A stretch of 64,000 nucleotides of DNA, from NCBI RefSeq assembly GCF_000143415.4, contig NW_003314285.1, forward strand, positions 1,267,370 through 1,331,369. Reading direction: 5' to 3'. Source of the DNA: Selaginella moellendorffii (taxonomy: Eukaryota > Plantae > Lycopodiophyta). Positions 59,217 through 64,000 of this stretch are shown here, one piece after another; positions within the stretch are counted from its first letter, which is position 1, and every line of letters begins with the position of its first letter. Both the position numbers and the translations under genes were made by a program. The notes under the pieces are model-generated. The model ran no database searches. It saw only the letters and a program-made list of their open reading frames with translations, and was not told the DNA's origin.

Positions 59217-62039
59217 GCTCCGCCGGTGGTCACACGGGGACACAGCGACAGTTCTCTTCTAGTCTTGGAGGCCGTAGCTCCACTCTTCCTCTCTAACTCT
59301 CTCTCGGGGATTCTTTGTGTACAATGGCTCTCCTACTCTGCTGTACAGTCTCATCGCTCGGCTGCTAAAGACTACTCTACTACTCTACTTACACAAGGTC
59401 TTCACTAGAACAACACCCAAGTTTTTCTCTCCTTGATCATCCAGTTCCTGTCCGCGCGATGAAGAAACCTTGAGAGTTCGCGATGATCTTCGTCCGAAGG
59501 TTCCTCGATGTTTGAAGAACTGGACGACGATAACGACGACGACACAAGCTTCACAACAAGCTGCCGCGCTGCTCTTCTCGTTTTTGTATAGGAAGAGGGA
59601 AGAAGCCGAAGCCAGCAGCAAGGGCCGATCCATTCTGATACAACCCAAAACGAGTCAAATAGTCATAGTATCATCAAATCAGTCAAGGAAGACAAACAAA
59701 ATCTCTCGCTCCAAAGCGCAAGCTCTCCCTTGTCGTGGAATAACTCTGGTTTCATCCTAAGCAGTCTATACTGCTCAAGGCAATCAAGCTCTGTTTTTGC
59801 TCTTTCGTCCACACGGTGATCATCAAGCAAGAGATCTCTGGATAAATACCCAGAGAGCTCTCTGGAGCTGGAAAATGACATTGGTGGCGACCATTTTCAA
59901 GTTGTGTTCTTCGTCTTTCTTTGGAGAGATCTGGCACTCTTTCCTTGACTGCTGCCCTCGATTACGATTTGGTCCGTGGTGGCAGCGCTGGTAATTGAAT
60001 CTAGCAAGGCCGGGCCAAGAGTCCACATTCGCTCGTGTTTGGCTTTGCCTCTCTCTCTCGGAAACATCATTCTCTCTTTGGGTTCTTGGCTGGTTTGTTT
60101 GATTTCATTAAAGCCCGGTGATACGAATGCCGTACGTGGAGACAACCAAATGCCCTAGAAAAACGATTCATGCACGAAACAGTGCTTGTACGTAACAGGC
60201 TTCGGGTTAAACAATCCTCCTCTTTTTCTTCGGGTCGTGATTTTGCATGTCGGCCGCAACGTGGAGAAGCAGTGTCAGCCGGACACCAAATATCAAAAAT
60301 TTAAGATCTGGGCGAGGTTTTCTCGTGTTCTCTACTGTTCTTTACAAGCTTGAAGCATTGAAAAGTGTGGATAATGTGGTCACCACACGGGCAGGACCTC
60401 CCTCTCCCTCTCTGTCTCTCTCTCTAACTCTATTGCTCCACAAACACATGATTGAGAGCTATGATCTATCCAAAAGTCGATGTTTGTTGATCAAAGTGTG
60501 GAGACCTTGGGGCTTAGAATATAAATGAGAGTTGCCGGGTACCAGTACGTGTGGGTGACAAAAATATTCCAGGATCTAGGGCTTTTAAACTTGGCAGGGA
60601 CGAAGAAACACCAAAACGAATATTATAATTGCAACCTTTAATTACCAAATTAAGTTGTGTGCACGCGTTTAAAAAACTATAAGTTTCCATAAATATTAAA
60701 TGCGGGGAGGGGGGGGGTTTTTTCAAAAAACCGCGGGCAAACGCGCGGGAAAACAAAAAGACCGCGCCAAAACCACGGACGGAATATGCCCGCACTCATT
60801 CCGGCGGGTGTGTACGAAAGGCGCGCCATCCGCGCCCTCCGCTCCAACGGCCGCGATGCCGCCGTACGCATCGCCAGGGGAATCTCTTTTCCGTACCGTG
60901 CTCCGATCTTTTGTGGATGATTGGGGTGGCAGGATGGCTCCGATTTGATGGTTGTTTTGTGCATGGCCGGTTTCGATCTCACACGTAAAATGTGGGCAGG
61001 GTTTCAGTTTTTCCACCCAGTTTTTGTAGCAGACTCTTAAGCACTCAGCCTGCAGCTCGCAGAAGAATAGAAGAAAGTGGCTCTTCGGCTAAAAGATTCT
61101 ACCTTTTCTGTATATATATTGCGAAGAAAATAGCTATATTGCAAAAGAAACGCAGCTTTCTCCTCAGGTAGCAGCAAACTGCACATACGTGGAGCCGAGA
61201 GCTGCATACGTGCCTGTAATAATACCACGGATGGGAACAACACTCTGGGGGTGTGAGGTGAAAAAGATGGCGGACTTTGATTGGGGTCCTCGTTTCGAAC
61301 GTATGCATGCGAGTGATCTCGTGACAGGGCTGGAAATTTTCGCCCCAAATCCATCTCTTGGGGAGCTTGCGTTGCCCACTGTGTGTTTGCATGTCCTAGA
61401 GTGCGTGGTGACAATGGACGACTTGAATGGGGGCGATTGAAACGTCGGGCGAGAGAGACAATCGCCCAGAGAGATGGAAAGATCCACGGATTTATAAGTG
61501 TACGGTAACCCTGGCTTGCTAGATTTAGCGGCGAGCCGCCGCTAAAAGTGGAGCAATCGCTGTCCGTAGATATTCCCTGTGAAGGGTTGGACAATGGTAC
61601 ATTGTGACTATGAGATTGCGTGGAATATTTTGTAGCATGATTTGCCACCTTATCAAATGGAAGCCACTGATTCACGTGAACGTTGTTGTGGCAAGAGGAT
61701 AGAATCAAACGAGGGGGATATTTGTACACTCGCCTCGAGGCCAGTGTGTCTCGTACATGATATGAGTATTGTTATACAGTACATGGTCTAGTACGCTTTG
61801 TGGGCCTCTACCTAGTGTGTAGATGGGCCTGGAGGATGGACAAAAGCATACCAAATAATTTGTGCTCTCTTTTCAATGACCAGTTCTTTCACATCTCCAA
61901 AGGCTCCAAGACAAGCAAAAAGGGGGAGAGCAGAAAGTTCTACCCTAGAAGCCAAGAAATGGAAAGAAGAAGAAGAGACTTCTTCCATAGCTAGGAAGAT
62001 TTGGCAGGCCCCAAGTCAGGATAAGAGGAAAAACTAATG

Positions 62040-62120
62040 TGTTGAGAGTGGGATTCGAACCCACGCCCTTTCGGACCAGAACCTTAATCTGGTGCCTTCG
62101 ACCAACTCGGCCATCTCAAC
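62040..62120 (-). tRNA. tRNA-Leu(AAG)
   Basis: GTTGAGATGGCCGAGTTGG..CCAGATTAAGGTTCTGG..GGTTCGAATCCCACTCTCAACA. Confidence 0.95.
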
Positions 62121-62159
62121 TTTGGACATCCGTATGCTTCCGTATGATCCTCCGTACGC

Positions 62160-64000
62160 ATGACTTTGTCCGGCGTGGATGACTTTGTCCACCTCGCTCG
62201 GTCGTGCGCAAGGAGCAAATCGCTTGAGGATGCACGGGAGCTGGATTGGAAGATCGCCCAGAGCGCGCACTCCGGCAACAGGTTCCTGGCGAATCTCGTC
62301 GTGGACATGTACGGCAAGTGCGGCAGCTTGCAAGACGCGAGGAATGCGTTTGCTCGGATCAAAGATCCAAACGTTTACTCGTGGAACATCGTAATCGCAG
62401 CACATACCCAGAACGGGCAGCTGGATCACGCCCGTTTGCTGTTCGATCAGATGCCTCACAAGGATATAGTCTCGTTCAACTGTATCATCGCTGCGTATGC
62501 GAGAAAGGGCGACTTGCGGGAGGCGAGAAAGATCTTTGAGAAGATGACCGATCGAGACACCGTGACTTGGAACACGATGCTTGCTGCGCATGCCCAAGGG
62601 GGGCATTTGCGTGAGGCGAAGCTTTTGTTCGATCTCATGCCTTCCAAGAATGTGGTGTCTTGGAACGCGATGATCGGAGCTTACGCCGCGGCGGGACTGC
62701 TTGCCGAGGCGCGGCTCGTCTTCGATCGGATGCCCACCCGCGATGTGGTGTCGGGGAATGCGATGATCGCCGCCTACGTCCACGGCAGCCAGATCCATGA
62801 AGCGCGACGGATCTTCGACTCCATGCCAGAGAGAAATGTGGTGGCCTGGACCGCGATCATGGCTGGCTATGCCAATGCTGGCTACCTCGATTTCGCGAGG
62901 ATCATCTTTGACAAGATACCCAACAAGAACATCGTCTCTTGGAACGCGATCATCGCCGCGTACATCCAGCACCACCGCTTGCTCGAAGCTCTCGCGATGT
63001 TCGACGATATGCCACAGCGGGATGTTGCGTCGTGGAACACGATGATCGCGGGGCTTGCGCAGGCCGGGCGGATCGATCATGCGCGCCGGCTTTTCGATTC
63101 CATGCCCAAGCGTGATCTTGTGTCATGGAACACGATGGTGAGTGGCTATGCGGCGTTGGGCTTCTTGGGCGAAGCTAGAGCGATCTTTGAAAAGATGGTA
63201 GACAAGGACGTTGTGTCGTGGAACACGTTAATTGCGGCATATTCTCACAATGGTAATGTACGTGAGGCAAAGATTCTCTTTGACAGAATGCCCGAGAGGG
63301 ATAATCCGTCGTGGAATGCCATGCTTTCAGCATATGCCGGTTCTGGGCATCTGGAAGATGCTAAGCGTTTGTTTGACAAGATGCCGGACAAGAATGTGGT
63401 GTCTTACACGTCAATGGTAGCGGCTTACGGGAGCAATGGCTGCTTGAACGAAGCAAAGGAGATGTTTGATTCGATGGTGGAGAGAAACGTCGTGTCGTGG
63501 AATGCGATGATCGCGGCATTTAATCAAAATGGTGGTGCTCGAGAGGGGATCGCGCTGTTCAAGGTGATGGATCTCGAGGGCGTGGAGATGGACAAGATCT
63601 CCATAGTTTGTGCTCTTGAGGCTTGCGCGCTGGCTGTGTCGCTTGTCGATGGAACTCGCGTCCACTCCAGCATTCTCGGAGGCAAGCTCGCTAGGGACTA
63701 CGTCGTGCAGACCGCGCTCGTGAACATGTACGGCAAGTGTGGGAACCTGGTCGAAGCTCGAAGGATCTTCGACTCGATGAGCTTCAACTTCCAGGACTCG
63801 GTGCCTTGGAACTCCCTCATTGTGGCCTACAGCCAAAACGGCGAGGGCGACAAGGCTCTGGATCTGTTTGGAACGATGGTGCTGGATGGGATGATCCCGG
63901 ACGAGATCACCTTCATGGGAGTTCTCAGCGTTTGCAGCCACGCGGGGCTTCTCGAGGAGGGTCTGCAATACTTCCGGACTCTGGGCGATCACGGGATCGT
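62160..64000 (+). CDS. PLS-class PPR protein, runs off window (absent from ORF track)
   Basis: MTLSGVDDFVHLARSCA..NLVVDMYGKCGSLQDAR.. repeated PPR units to PDEITFMGVLSVCSHAG. Confidence 0.92.
   Translation, partial: MTLSGVDDFVHLARSCARSKSLEDARELDWKIAQSAHSGNRFLANLVVDMYGKCGSLQDARNAFARIKDPNVYSWNIVIAAHTQNGQLDHARLLFDQMPHKDIVSFNCIIAAYARKGDLREARKIFEKMTDRDTVTWNTMLAAHAQGGHLREAKLLFDLMPSKNVVSWNAMIGAYAAAGLLAEARLVFDRMPTRDVVSGNAMIAAYVHGSQIHEARRIFDSMPERNVVAWTAIMAGYANAGYLDFARIIFDKIPNKNIVSWNAIIAAYIQHHRLLEALAMFDDMPQRDVASWNTMIAGLAQAGRIDHARRLFDSMPKRDLVSWNTMVSGYAALGFLGEARAIFEKMVDKDVVSWNTLIAAYSHNGNVREAKILFDRMPERDNPSWNAMLSAYAGSGHLEDAKRLFDKMPDKNVVSYTSMVAAYGSNGCLNEAKEMFDSMVERNVVSWNAMIAAFNQNGGAREGIALFKVMDLEGVEMDKISIVCALEACALAVSLVDGTRVHSSILGGKLARDYVVQTALVNMYGKCGNLVEARRIFDSMSFNFQDSVPWNSLIVAYSQNGEGDKALDLFGTMVLDGMIPDEITFMGVLSVCSHAGLLEEGLQYFRTLGDHGI

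Noticed and set aside
59752-59937. DVL/RTFL-like peptide (KEQK..)
   Set aside because: Lacks the YIxRRCVxML core

Overview
Plant nuclear DNA. Very short (about 40-70 bp) introns, tight gene packing and PLS-class PPR genes with long runs of ~31-aa repeats suggest a lycophyte such as Selaginella (inference). 1-2.9 kb holds a PPR 3' end, CPN20 and an intron-containing HdeD/DUF308-like membrane protein gene. 3-33 kb is repeat-rich: a young non-autonomous LTR element (TSD TTGCA), a B3/REM gene, a Copia relic interrupted by a solo LTR and a rearranged chromovirus, and a third LTR element nested in that chromovirus. The AT-rich spacers, missed by the ORF track, hide at least three decayed, intron-containing copies of a gene encoding signal peptide + 4-Cys micro-domain + Hedgehog-type Hog (Hint + sterol-recognition-like) domain; this is the most striking observation. 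33-64 kb is gene-dense: inverted U2AF35 pseudogene pair, GH5 mannanase, clathrin heavy chain plus partial duplicate, tRNA-Asp/Ser/Trp/Leu genes and pseudogenes, an orphan secreted 8-Cys protein, two PPR genes, an ATL RING-H2, an ssSPT-like ORF in frame with plastid-type GET3, and a KRP/ICK gene. All translations and alignments were done by eye; no searches were run.
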